From: Ignavibacteriota bacterium
GTDB lineage: Bacteria; Bacteroidota; Ignavibacteria; UBA10030; UBA6906
Assembly: GCA_963801355.1 (NCBI GenBank)
Contig: CAWDEM010000008.1
Location: 512,001-576,000 of the forward strand
Direction of reading: 5' to 3'
Length of the DNA stretch: 64,000 nucleotides
The notes beneath the pieces are model-generated. The model searched no databases. It was not told the origin of the DNA and saw nothing but the letters and a program-made list of their open reading frames with translations. The translations under genes were made by a program, and so were the position numbers. This document shows positions 17,280-25,955 of this stretch, in pieces. Every line of letters starts with the position of its first letter. Position 1 is the first letter of the stretch.

Positions 17280-17787
17280 GGATGAGATGCATTCCGATTT
17301 CCTCGAAGAGACGGTCTACGCCCTCACCTGACTGCGCGGAGGTGCACATGGTCTGCAGCACCGCTTTGCGCGAATCCCAGGAGTTGGATGAGAGATCCAG
17401 CGGGTCCGTCACAGCATCGGACTTGTTCAGGGCGACGACGGCCGATGCCCGGGGGTTCACTTTGAGGAAGTGGTCGAGATGGCCTTCGATACGGTCGATG
17501 GTATCGGGGCGAGTCAGGTCACCGACGATGACCGCGGCGTGGGCACCCTGCAGATAGCTTTCCGACACATCATGGAACGTCGATCCGCCCTCGAGGTCCC
17601 ACAGCACCACCTGAATTTCTTCCGGCGATCCATCGTGAACATCGGCAAGCTTCACCAGCTTTCGGCTGATTTTCACGCCGACTGTCGAGAGGTACGCGTC
17701 GCTGAACTCGCGATCGACGTATCTGCGGACAAGACTCGTCTTGCCGACAGAGATATCTCCAAGAACGCAGATCTTCGCAAGGATCAT
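17251..17787 (-). CDS. stand-alone Ras/Rab-like small GTPase (178 aa)
   Basis: G1 GDISVGKTS, G2 YLSTVG, G3 WDLEG, G4 NKSD, G5 TSAQ. The ATG at 17787 overlaps the upstream TGA (ATGA). Confidence 0.9.
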   Translation of the reverse strand: MILAKICVLGDISVGKTSLVRRYVDREFSDAYLSTVGVKISRKLVKLADVHDGSPEEIQVVLWDLEGGSTFHDVSESYLQGAHAAVIVGDLTRPDTIDRIEGHLDHFLKVNPRASAVVALNKSDAVTDPLDLSSNSWDSRKAVLQTMCTSAQSGEGVDRLFEEIGMHLIHELADGTAR

Positions 17788-19664
17788 GGAAGTAGGGAAT
17801 TCCTCTCCTGGATAAGTGTGAATCGCACGCATCTGCTGAGACTGTCGGCCCCTGATCGTATGGCTCCCGGCGGTGGCTCCGGGCTTCCCTGTGCGTTCAG
17901 CCGGGTCCGGGGGATCCCGAGCGACGCGAGCAGATCCTGTGCGGCCCTGGCGCGCGCTGTGGCCAGTCGGCGGTTTACTTCTTCCGTTCCTGTCAGATCG
18001 CTGTGCCCGGTGATCCGGATAACTGTCCCGGGAAATCTCCGGAGGTAATCGCGAACGCCGGCGCAATGTTTCCGGTCGGCGGGCTGGATAACGGAGGAGC
18101 CCAGTGCAAAGTGGAGGCGCACCGGGAGTTCGGGCACGCCGATGGCGCTCGCATTCGTGTAGGTGCGGACCCCCGGGATAGCGCCGAGCATCGCGTCGAC
18201 CTTCCCGCGGAGCTCGTCGTCGGCTATCCAACCCGTCACGGAAAGATCCGGACCGGTGTTTCGCGTTTCGAGAAACACTCCCTCGACCCGGTTGAGGATC
18301 CTGGTGATTTCATCCACACGTAATGCCGTGAAGACCGGAAAAGACGGCCCGGCATCCGGCGTGATGCTGTTCACGATGACGGCATCATGAGCCGATGTTC
18401 TGGCGATTGCTTCAGCGCGTGTGCGCTGGAATTCGTTGATGGTCCTCCCTTCAAGTTGCACGACTCCCCATTCGGCCTGAACGGAGACGCCGGCAAGGGC
18501 CAGAGGTTTTGCAGCGTGAAGGGCTGTGCGAATGGTCTCTTCCAGATTGCGATCCCGGCTGTCACGATAGAGATGGATTCCGATGAGAATCGCAGCCAGC
18601 AGCAAAAGCAAACTGGCGAAAATGGCGGCACCGTAGGGCCTCCGCGTGCCTGGCGCCAATGGCCGTTCATTTGATCTCGAGACTAGAGTCTCTACGCTTT
18701 GCAGCACGCGTGCAGGGACGGAGGCGGTGTCACCGGAGAACCGCTCGAGGAGCCCATCGGATTCCTCGAGGATTTCTGTCATGGTCGTGTGGAGAACTTT
18801 TTGGAGTCTTTCTCTGGGAGTCCCGCGGACCACCACTGCCAGATAACAGTAGCCGGCCACCTCAAGCACGATCTTGGCGTCCCCGTATCCAATCTGGTCA
18901 AGCTCGCGGGGCTGCTGCTCCGCTGTCATGGAATCGTTGAACAGCGACCGGATTGCTGTCAGCATGCCGGAGAGCAGGTCGGGGTCCAGCATGGGACTTG
19001 CAGGGTTTTGTGCCTGGGCGATGACGAGTCCTGAAGGCTTGTGAATCAGGAAGGCGGCATCGATTGTCCATGTGACTGCCTCACGGAGGATGAGTTCCGC
19101 TTCACTTACACCCAGCATCCGTGCGCGAAATTTCCGGGTAAGGGATTTGAAACTGAGGTTTGCCTCGATGCGTTCATTGATCGTCTGGACGAGCGTGGCA
19201 AGCGTATGGGAAAGGTACTTGGAAATTGTGCTGCCCATGACGGGATACAGCGCATCAATCATCGCATCCCGTTCACCTTTGAGCTGGTCTTTGATTGCGG
19301 CACCCACGAGCGGACCCAGATCCAGTGCGGCCGCGTGGGGCTCACTGGCGAAGTGCCGGGCGATTGCTCCGGTGCTGGCAGGGGCGAGGGCGGCAGCCAT
19401 GGCGTCCGGGTCCTGCGAAATCCGGTCACTCAAAGCTTGATCAAGGAAGGGTGTGATCGCCTTGACAAGGGCATGCTGCAGGCCGGGAGTCCCCGAGCGG
19501 AACACGGCCGCCACGACCGGTGCAAGGAGCTTTGTGGCCCTTTCCGGATTCTCAAGCTGATGGCGAAGATCTTCCAGCTCTGTTCCGAGTCCGTGGAGCG
19601 CTGCCACTTCCGGAGAAAGCAGAAGATCACGGAGTTGGTTGTATTCCGTTCCTCCATCAGTCAC
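17784..19664 (-). CDS. membrane protein with helical N-terminus, roadblock/longin-like domain, TM helix, BON and OmpA-like peptidoglycan-binding domains
   Basis: TM segment AAIFASLLLLLAAILIGIHL; BON-like VSVQAEWGVVQLEG..NSIT; OmpA C-terminal LHFALGSS...RITGHSD..G....NRRLATARA...RCVRF. Confidence 0.8.
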   Translation of the reverse strand: MTDGGTEYNQLRDLLLSPEVAALHGLGTELEDLRHQLENPERATKLLAPVVAAVFRSGTPGLQHALVKAITPFLDQALSDRISQDPDAMAAALAPASTGAIARHFASEPHAAALDLGPLVGAAIKDQLKGERDAMIDALYPVMGSTISKYLSHTLATLVQTINERIEANLSFKSLTRKFRARMLGVSEAELILREAVTWTIDAAFLIHKPSGLVIAQAQNPASPMLDPDLLSGMLTAIRSLFNDSMTAEQQPRELDQIGYGDAKIVLEVAGYCYLAVVVRGTPRERLQKVLHTTMTEILEESDGLLERFSGDTASVPARVLQSVETLVSRSNERPLAPGTRRPYGAAIFASLLLLLAAILIGIHLYRDSRDRNLEETIRTALHAAKPLALAGVSVQAEWGVVQLEGRTINEFQRTRAEAIARTSAHDAVIVNSITPDAGPSFPVFTALRVDEITRILNRVEGVFLETRNTGPDLSVTGWIADDELRGKVDAMLGAIPGVRTYTNASAIGVPELPVRLHFALGSSVIQPADRKHCAGVRDYLRRFPGTVIRITGHSDLTGTEEVNRRLATARARAAQDLLASLGIPRTRLNAQGSPEPPPGAIRSGADSLSRCVRFTLIQERNSLLP

Positions 19665-19667
19665 AGG

Positions 19668-20123
19668 CTAATCTCCCTGTGCTTTCCGGGCGGTCTTGTG
19701 GAGGGATTCGACGATCCCGACACCCTTGAGCTTCAGAGCCAGCTCCTGGAGGAGCTCAGCCATGATTTCGCGGGACACCTTGCCATCGCTGAGTGCGGCG
19801 ACGTGGGTTTCGAGGTCTTTGGAGAGCTGTTCCTTGACCGAACGGATTTCGGTATGAAGCTTCGCCGTTTGTTCCGAGAGTGTGGTGGAGAGCTGACGGG
19901 CCTGCTGATCGACAACGCGCTGTAGGGCAGCGATTTCCGACTTCAGAGACGCTTCGAGTTCCTCACTGCGAGCCTGAGATTCCTCTTTCGCGCTCCGGAG
20001 GTCGGCGAAAGCCCTGTCGAATTTCTGGTCATAATCCCGTTTCTGGGGGCCGAGAAGAATGTCACGGATCTGATTGATGTGATCCCCATCTTTCAACGAT
20101 CCATCATCCGGGGTTTTAGCCAT
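19668..20123 (-). CDS. coiled-coil protein, first gene of the GTPase unit
   Basis: QIRDILLGPQKRDYDQKF N-terminus, heptad-rich helix, KVSRE.MAELLQELALKL C-terminus. GAGGT RBS; 3 nt from the next gene. Confidence 0.8.
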   Translation of the reverse strand: MAKTPDDGSLKDGDHINQIRDILLGPQKRDYDQKFDRAFADLRSAKEESQARSEELEASLKSEIAALQRVVDQQARQLSTTLSEQTAKLHTEIRSVKEQLSKDLETHVAALSDGKVSREIMAELLQELALKLKGVGIVESLHKTARKAQGD

Positions 20124-20319
20124 TGCAGACCTCACTGGAGGTAAAAAAGACAAGGATAGTTGGGCAGGAGCAAGCATCGGGGAAAATGTACGAAAGCCCG
20201 AGTACTAAAACAAGAAACCGGTTAATTTTATGGGTGAAGGCCTGATTCAAAAAATGGGGCATTGGTCAACGAGGCATATGGGGGGCACAACGGGATCTTC
20301 AGTCGACGCCAGGCAAGCT

Positions 20320-20360
20320 CTCAATGCCCGCCCGGAAAGCCTCTCCGGACGGGCACTGAG
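20320..20360 (-). terminator. stem-loop downstream of the lipoprotein gene
   Basis: CTCAATGCCCGCCCGGA...TCCGGACGGGCACTGAG imperfect inverted repeat, 10 nt past the stop; no strong U tract. Confidence 0.5.
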
Positions 20361-20369
20361 ATGAGCCGG

Positions 20370-20720
20370 TCATTTATCCGACGCGTCCACCCGCAGTGAG
20401 GGCGGGGTGCTGTTGACTACCACCACCGTGTAGTTCATGTCCTCTTCCGCATTAAAGCTGGCCGTGGGTGACACCGACTCACTCTGGATCGCGGCGGTCG
20501 CCACGCACGTTCCTGTGTTAATATCCTGGTAATTTGTTGCGGTCGCACCAGCTACATCGTTGATATTTATGGTGTTGCCATCCTGGAACTTGAGCTGAAT
20601 ATTCGCCTTACCTGTGCGTTCATTGAGAACCCGGGCGCTTGGCGGATCGCTGGAGCAGCCGGACAAACCAATGAGCAGCAACATCAGGACACTCAGAGTT
20701 AATACGGCACTTGTACGCAT
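20370..20720 (-). CDS. small lipoprotein, DUF4397-like beta-sandwich
   Basis: Lipobox LSGC after a hydrophobic signal; beta-rich body ending NYTVVVVN; GGGAGA RBS. Confidence 0.75.
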   Translation of the reverse strand: MRTSAVLTLSVLMLLLIGLSGCSSDPPSARVLNERTGKANIQLKFQDGNTININDVAGATATNYQDINTGTCVATAAIQSESVSPTASFNAEEDMNYTVVVVNSTPPSLRVDASDK

Positions 20721-20809
20721 GGCTATCTCCCTTGATGGGTTTTCTAAGATACTCGAACCCTTTTGTTACCGGGCCTTTCAGGAACAGTCCCACATCCACA
20801 CTAGTTTCC

Positions 20810-20824
20810 GCGAACCTTGTGCCA
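20810..20824 (-). promoter_or_regulatory. candidate sigma54 (-24/-12) promoter
   Basis: Minus strand TGGCACAAGGTTCGC has exact GG-N10-GC spacing, a perfect TGGCAC and one mismatch in the -12 box; about 90 nt upstream of the lipoprotein ATG. Confidence 0.5.
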
Positions 20825-21206
20825 CCATTGGGATTGGCGTTCTCTGGGGGGGATTCGAGGATCTAGCCCGTTCTGAGAATAACGATATTACCCATGAGTG
20901 TAATTTTTTCGAGAAGCCATTGTGCACCCCAGTAACGTGGCGACGGCCCCCGGGGTAAATGCGTTCACAGTAGTAGAAGTCCCCTGCAGTCGGCGGGCTA
21001 ACTCATATGTAAACAAAAGATTTGCGGGCTTTGAAATCAACTCTTGCTGTGGACTGCTTCAACCGCAGTAGTGCAAATCTGGAGAGTCTGCAGAGTCAGT
21101 ATGCAGGGTGATGCTCACCGGGCGTGCATATGTTTGTGGAATTGCCGATCTTCAATCTGAGTCTTCCCAATCCCCTTCCGCATCGATTACCGCACCGGAG
21201 GATGCA

Positions 21207-24200
21207 ATGACACGTCTTCTGCACTTGATGCACCTCAGAATTGCTCCAATTCTACTCACCTGTCTCATCGCGAACTATTCGGAAGGCCTGGCGCAAATGA
21301 CCGTCGAGAGAAACACGCTCACAACTGCCGGCAAAGCACTCGAAGCCTTCAAGTTTCCGCCTGCCGAATACCGGAGCACACCGCTGTGGGTCTGGAATGA
21401 TCTCATGACGCCGGGAGCTGTTGATGAAGGGCTTGCCGATCTGCAGCGTCATGGGATCGGCGGCGTCTTCATCCATCCGCGGCCCGGGCTGATCACCCCC
21501 TACCTCTCTGATGAATGGCTCTCACTCTGCCGTCGTGCCGTGCAAACGGGCAAGAAACTCGGGATGAAAATCTGGATATATGACGAGAATTCCTATCCGT
21601 CAGGTTTTGCGGGAGGCATCGTTCCCGAAAAAATGCCCGATGCGAAACGCACGGGGCTGAAAATGACGTCTGCGTCGGAGCTTCCTTCCAGGTTCGATAC
21701 CCCGCCTTTCCTTGTGCTGGCCGGGGATTCGGGCGGATACGCTGACATCACTTCCCAACTCGGGCTACAGCAGTTTGGTCCGGGGGAATACCGCATTTTC
21801 ACGTTGATACGCGAAGAACCAAAGCCGTGGCACGGCGGGTTCACCTACGTTGACGTCATGCGGCCGGAAGTAACACGGGAATTCATCGATGTCACGATGA
21901 ACGCCTACAAGCGCACATTCGGCGAGGAATTCGGGGCTGTTGTTCCCGGCGTGTTCCAGGATGAAGCGGAAATGCGGCCCGCCTCCGAGCCCGATGCGAA
22001 GGTCGTAAACTACACCCCGGCAATGTTTGACAGATTCAAGCAAAAATGGGGATACGACCTGAAGCCCCATCTCCCGTCGCTCTACGAGGAGACCGGGGAT
22101 TGGCGGCGCGTGCGTCACAACTTTCGCGCTACGCTCCTGGATCTCTTTATCAGAGGGTGGGCCGAATTGTACTACAACTATTGCACGGAAAATAACCTGA
22201 AATTGACGGGCCACTACTGGGAGCACGTGTGGCCCAATCCGGTGATGAACCCCGACAACATGGCGTGTGCGGCGTACGCACACATCCCCGGCATCGACGT
22301 GTTGATGAACGAATTCCGCGCTGATGTGGAGGGGCAGTTCGGCAACGCGCGTATCGTCAAAGAAATCCGCAGCGTGGCGAACCAGCTTGGCAAAGAGCGG
22401 ACCCTCTCCGAGACCTTCGGCGCCTCAGGCTGGGATCTGACATTTGAAGATCAGAAAAGAATCGCCGACTGGGAGTATGCCCTGGGTGTGAATTTCATGG
22501 ACCAGCACCTTTCCTATGTCACGATCAAAGGAGCGCGTAAGCGTGACTATCCGCTCTCGTTTTCGTACCATGAGCCCTGGTGGAAGTTCTACGGGATGCT
22601 GGGCGACTATTTCGGCCGGCTGAGTGTTGCCCTCTGCGCGGGCGATCAAAGCAACAGGATTCTCGTCCTGGAGCCAACAACGACCGCATGGATGTACGCC
22701 GGGCCGGATTGGACGAACAAGAACGTCGATGGCATCGGGAAGACGTTTCAGGGTTTCGTCAACCGGCTCGAAGCTGCGCAAATTGAGTACGACCTTGGAA
22801 GCGAGGACATTTTCCGCAATCATGCGCGGGTCAAGGGCCGCCACTTTGTGGTCGGGCAACGGGTCTACGATCTTGTGGTCATTCCTCCCGGGACGGAAAA
22901 CCTGGATGAAGCAACGGTTGCGCTTGTCCGCACCTATCTGGCCAACGGTGGCAGTGTGATCTGCTGTGACGAACCTCCCGGGTTCATCGACGGGGGTGCA
23001 AACGAGCGCGTGAAAGCCCTGGTCAAGGAATATCCTACCCTGTGGGTTCGGGCGAAAGAAGATAGCGTTCTGGAGATCATCAACCGGCTTTCCCCTCCGA
23101 TTCTGATGTTCCGTGATGCCTCCGGTAGGGCTTCTTCCATTCCCATGCTTTTCCATCACCGCCGGTCGCTGGAGGATTGTGAGATACTCTTTCTGGCAAA
23201 CACCGACAGCAGTCAGTACCGTTCGGGCCGGGTCGAGGCGCCCGGGCGCTCGTGTGAGAAATGGGATCCATTCACCGGGACCAGTATCCCCTACCCCTGC
23301 GCCGCGAAGGGAGAACGCCTTGAGATTGACTATTCCCTTCCCCCGGGTGGAAGCCTGCTGCTCTGTCTCCGCAGTTCGGGGGAACCGGTCTCATCGACGG
23401 CCGCCGCGCAATGGGTCGACGTTCCCGCCCGCGGACCTGCCGTCATAGGCCGCGTTGCGCCGAATGTGTTGACACTGGACTACTGCGACATCACACTCGG
23501 GGGGAAGACAGAGATCGATCTCTACTTCTACCAGGCCCAAGAGAAGGCGTACCAGCATCACGGGCTGGATCGAAATCCGTGGGACAATGCGGTACAATTC
23601 AAGCGGACGATTCTCGACAGGGATCATTTTGCACCCGCGAGCGGTTTTGAGGCAGCGTTCCATTTCACTCTTGCCGACGGCGTAAACCAGAAATCGATGC
23701 GTGCAGTAGTCGAGCGCCCCGAGCTTTTCCGGATCGCCGTCAACGGCAAGCCGGTTCAGCCGCTAGAAGATCAGTGGTGGCTGGACAAGGCCTTCGGCGT
23801 GTATGAAATCGGGAAACTGGTCACCACCGGATACAATACCCTCACCTTCACATCCTCACCCTTCACCATCCACAGTGAACTCGAACCGGTGTATCTGTTG
23901 GGTGATTTCTCGTTGGAAAGCGGTGCGAAGGGATTCCGGATTCTGCCCTCTCAGAAATTGTCCGCGGGCGCATGGAACGTGCAAGGGATGCCGTTCTATG
24001 CCGATGGCGTGAGCTACACGCAATCGTTCAATGTGACCGCCGGTCAGCTCAGGTCTCATCGGTTTGCCGTGCAATTGGAAAAATGGAAGGGGGTGGTGGC
24101 ACACGTAGCAGTGAACGGAAAGGACGCTGGACTTATCGCCTCGCCGCCGTACGAACTGGAAGTAACGCACGCCATGAAGGCGGGGTCGAACAAAGTCACC

Positions 24201-24383
24201 GTGACTGTATACGGCTCATTGAAAAACACGCTTGGCCCCCATCATAACAATCCTCCTCTCGGCCGGGCCTGGCCCTCGAAGTTCCAGGCCGGAGCGAAAG
24301 ACGGTCGTCCGGCGGGGAGTACGTATTCGACGGTCGGATATGGTATGTTTGAGAACTTCGTGCTGAAAGGAACCGGTAAATAG
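21207..24383 (+). CDS. large secreted glycoside hydrolase, GH106 (alpha-L-rhamnosidase)-like
   Basis: PLWVWND, GIGGVFIHPRPGL..PYLSDEW, WIYDENSYPSGFAGG, FQDE, PGIDVL and LSETFGASGW; GH2-type sugar-binding C-terminus; GGAGG RBS. Confidence 0.75.
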   Translation: MTRLLHLMHLRIAPILLTCLIANYSEGLAQMTVERNTLTTAGKALEAFKFPPAEYRSTPLWVWNDLMTPGAVDEGLADLQRHGIGGVFIHPRPGLITPYLSDEWLSLCRRAVQTGKKLGMKIWIYDENSYPSGFAGGIVPEKMPDAKRTGLKMTSASELPSRFDTPPFLVLAGDSGGYADITSQLGLQQFGPGEYRIFTLIREEPKPWHGGFTYVDVMRPEVTREFIDVTMNAYKRTFGEEFGAVVPGVFQDEAEMRPASEPDAKVVNYTPAMFDRFKQKWGYDLKPHLPSLYEETGDWRRVRHNFRATLLDLFIRGWAELYYNYCTENNLKLTGHYWEHVWPNPVMNPDNMACAAYAHIPGIDVLMNEFRADVEGQFGNARIVKEIRSVANQLGKERTLSETFGASGWDLTFEDQKRIADWEYALGVNFMDQHLSYVTIKGARKRDYPLSFSYHEPWWKFYGMLGDYFGRLSVALCAGDQSNRILVLEPTTTAWMYAGPDWTNKNVDGIGKTFQGFVNRLEAAQIEYDLGSEDIFRNHARVKGRHFVVGQRVYDLVVIPPGTENLDEATVALVRTYLANGGSVICCDEPPGFIDGGANERVKALVKEYPTLWVRAKEDSVLEIINRLSPPILMFRDASGRASSIPMLFHHRRSLEDCEILFLANTDSSQYRSGRVEAPGRSCEKWDPFTGTSIPYPCAAKGERLEIDYSLPPGGSLLLCLRSSGEPVSSTAAAQWVDVPARGPAVIGRVAPNVLTLDYCDITLGGKTEIDLYFYQAQEKAYQHHGLDRNPWDNAVQFKRTILDRDHFAPASGFEAAFHFTLADGVNQKSMRAVVERPELFRIAVNGKPVQPLEDQWWLDKAFGVYEIGKLVTTGYNTLTFTSSPFTIHSELEPVYLLGDFSLESGAKGFRILPSQKLSAGAWNVQGMPFYADGVSYTQSFNVTAGQLRSHRFAVQLEKWKGVVAHVAVNGKDAGLIASPPYELEVTHAMKAGSNKVTVTVYGSLKNTLGPHHNNPPLGRAWPSKFQAGAKDGRPAGSTYSTVGYGMFENFVLKGTGK

Positions 24384-24462
24384 CGAGCGGAAAACACTTA
24401 GAACCGAGGCCGGATCAAGCAAGCGTACGCTCAAGCTCGTGGATTGGGCGGCAGTGAACCAG

Positions 24463-24501
24463 AAGGTCCGGAGGACTTGATGATGGAGTCCTCCGGACCT
24501 T
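24463..24501. terminator. perfect 15-bp hairpin between convergent genes (probable bidirectional terminator)
   Basis: AAGGTCCGGAGGACT - 9 nt - AGTCCTCCGGACCTT. Confidence 0.75.
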
Positions 24502-24532
24502 GTCTTATCTGCGGTCCTCGCGTACGGGCATT

Positions 24533-25861
24533 CTAACGCCGAGGATTTTGTTTCTCGCGTTCGGTCTTCTCTGCCGGGGGTGTTGTTGCCGGTGCGCTCT
24601 TCTCGACCTCTTTTGTCGGAGGCTTCGGAGTGGCCGTGCGCTCGCGCTCCGGCCTGGGCGTCGGAGGTGTTGTCACCGGGGGTATTGTACTTCTCGGCGG
24701 TGTGCTCCTCTCGGTCTCCCTCGTCGTTGGCCGTGGAGTCGTTGTGCGCTCGCGCTCCTGCCTGGGCGTCGGAGGTGTTGTCACCGGGGGTGTTGTACTT
24801 CTCGGCGGTGTGCTCCTCTCGGTCTCCCTCGTCGTTGGCCGTGGAGTCGTTGTGCGCTCGCGCTCCGGCCTGGGCACCGAAGGGGCGATCACCGGGGGTA
24901 CACCGGTGGCTGCCGGCGTCCTCTTCTCGACCTCTCGTGTCGGTACTCTGGCGGTCGAACGCATTCCAGCCGGACGTGTCTTTTCGTACTGGGCGATCCC
25001 TTCTTTCCTCAAGTCAGGCCTCGAATAGGTTTCGGCGAAAGCTCCTTTTCGTTTTCTCTCTGACACAAAATGCGATCTGGACCGGAACTTCGCAAAATAG
25101 CGATTGTGTCCATCCGGGTTGCGGTAGTCGTGCCAGCGGCGATAATGGCCGAAGTAGTAATGGTAGTGGTGGTAATGATATCCCCAGTAGTAGTGCCAGT
25201 ATTGGGTTCTCCACGGACGCCACCACGATGGGTAGTGTGAATAGTACCAGGGGGAGAACCAGGGTCGATCAACCTCCATGTAAATGTAACGAATGACCGG
25301 CCAGCGTGCGACCTCAACAGTGGTCGTTCTGTACATGACAATCGTCCTGCCATCGGGTGCAAGCACCGTCTTTGAGGTCGTGCCGACGTAGCCGGGGTTT
25401 GGCGTCACCGATTCCGCTGTGGCGGAGGCCTGATCGTAGTTGGGTTCAATGATGTAGTTTTCGCCGTACAATGCCTCATCGCCGATCACCTGAATCAGCA
25501 CACGGTCGTTGGCGTCTCTGTCCACCTGAATGACCGCGACGTCCTGCCATTCAGTGCTGCTGATTGCCACTTTGAGCACGATGGAATGCGAATTCCCGAA
25601 AAAGTTGTCTTCCACCTGAATGAAATCTATATATCCATCCCCATCCAGGTCGAGGTTGTTGATGTTCAAATCCTCGGAGTTGAGTTTCTGCTCAAATTCT
25701 TCCAGGGTCGGACATTCCTGGAAGACCTCCAGTACCGCGTAAAGATTCAAGTTGTCGCCCGGCAGGCCCAGAGAGTCGGCCTGCATAACCTGTTGGGCCA
25801 CCGCGAAACAGCTGAGAGTCGTCAGCGTGATGAACAGGAGGAACAAGCGAAGTGGGTTCAT
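24533..25861 (-). CDS. secreted hypothetical protein with EF-hand-like motif, Y/W/H-rich region and P/T/R-rich repeat tail
   Basis: Signal peptide; GDNLNLYAVLEVFQ, NNLDLDGDGYIDFI and GDEALYGENYIIEP; GAGGA RBS. Confidence 0.75.
   Translation of the reverse strand: MNPLRLFLLFITLTTLSCFAVAQQVMQADSLGLPGDNLNLYAVLEVFQECPTLEEFEQKLNSEDLNINNLDLDGDGYIDFIQVEDNFFGNSHSIVLKVAISSTEWQDVAVIQVDRDANDRVLIQVIGDEALYGENYIIEPNYDQASATAESVTPNPGYVGTTSKTVLAPDGRTIVMYRTTTVEVARWPVIRYIYMEVDRPWFSPWYYSHYPSWWRPWRTQYWHYYWGYHYHHYHYYFGHYRRWHDYRNPDGHNRYFAKFRSRSHFVSERKRKGAFAETYSRPDLRKEGIAQYEKTRPAGMRSTARVPTREVEKRTPAATGVPPVIAPSVPRPERERTTTPRPTTRETERSTPPRSTTPPVTTPPTPRQERERTTTPRPTTRETERSTPPRSTIPPVTTPPTPRPERERTATPKPPTKEVEKSAPATTPPAEKTEREKQNPRR
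24636..24876. repeat. 108-bp tandem repeat (about 2.2 copies; 36-aa unit)
   Basis: GTGCGCTCGCGCTCC recurs at 24636, 24744 and 24852 with near-identical intervening sequence. Confidence 0.9.
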
Positions 25862-25955
25862 GGTGGCAATATCCTCTGTCGAGAGACATAAGGTGTGCAA
25901 CACAGCGGGTGTAAGACTCTGGCAAAAGTAACAAATCTTCATGTACAAATACAAT

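Noticed and set aside
17788-18231. 148-aa N-terminal extension of the GTPase in the ORF track
   Set aside because: It overlaps the OmpA domain in another frame and is R/P-rich junk; the ATGA-coupled start at 17787 gives a typical GTPase.
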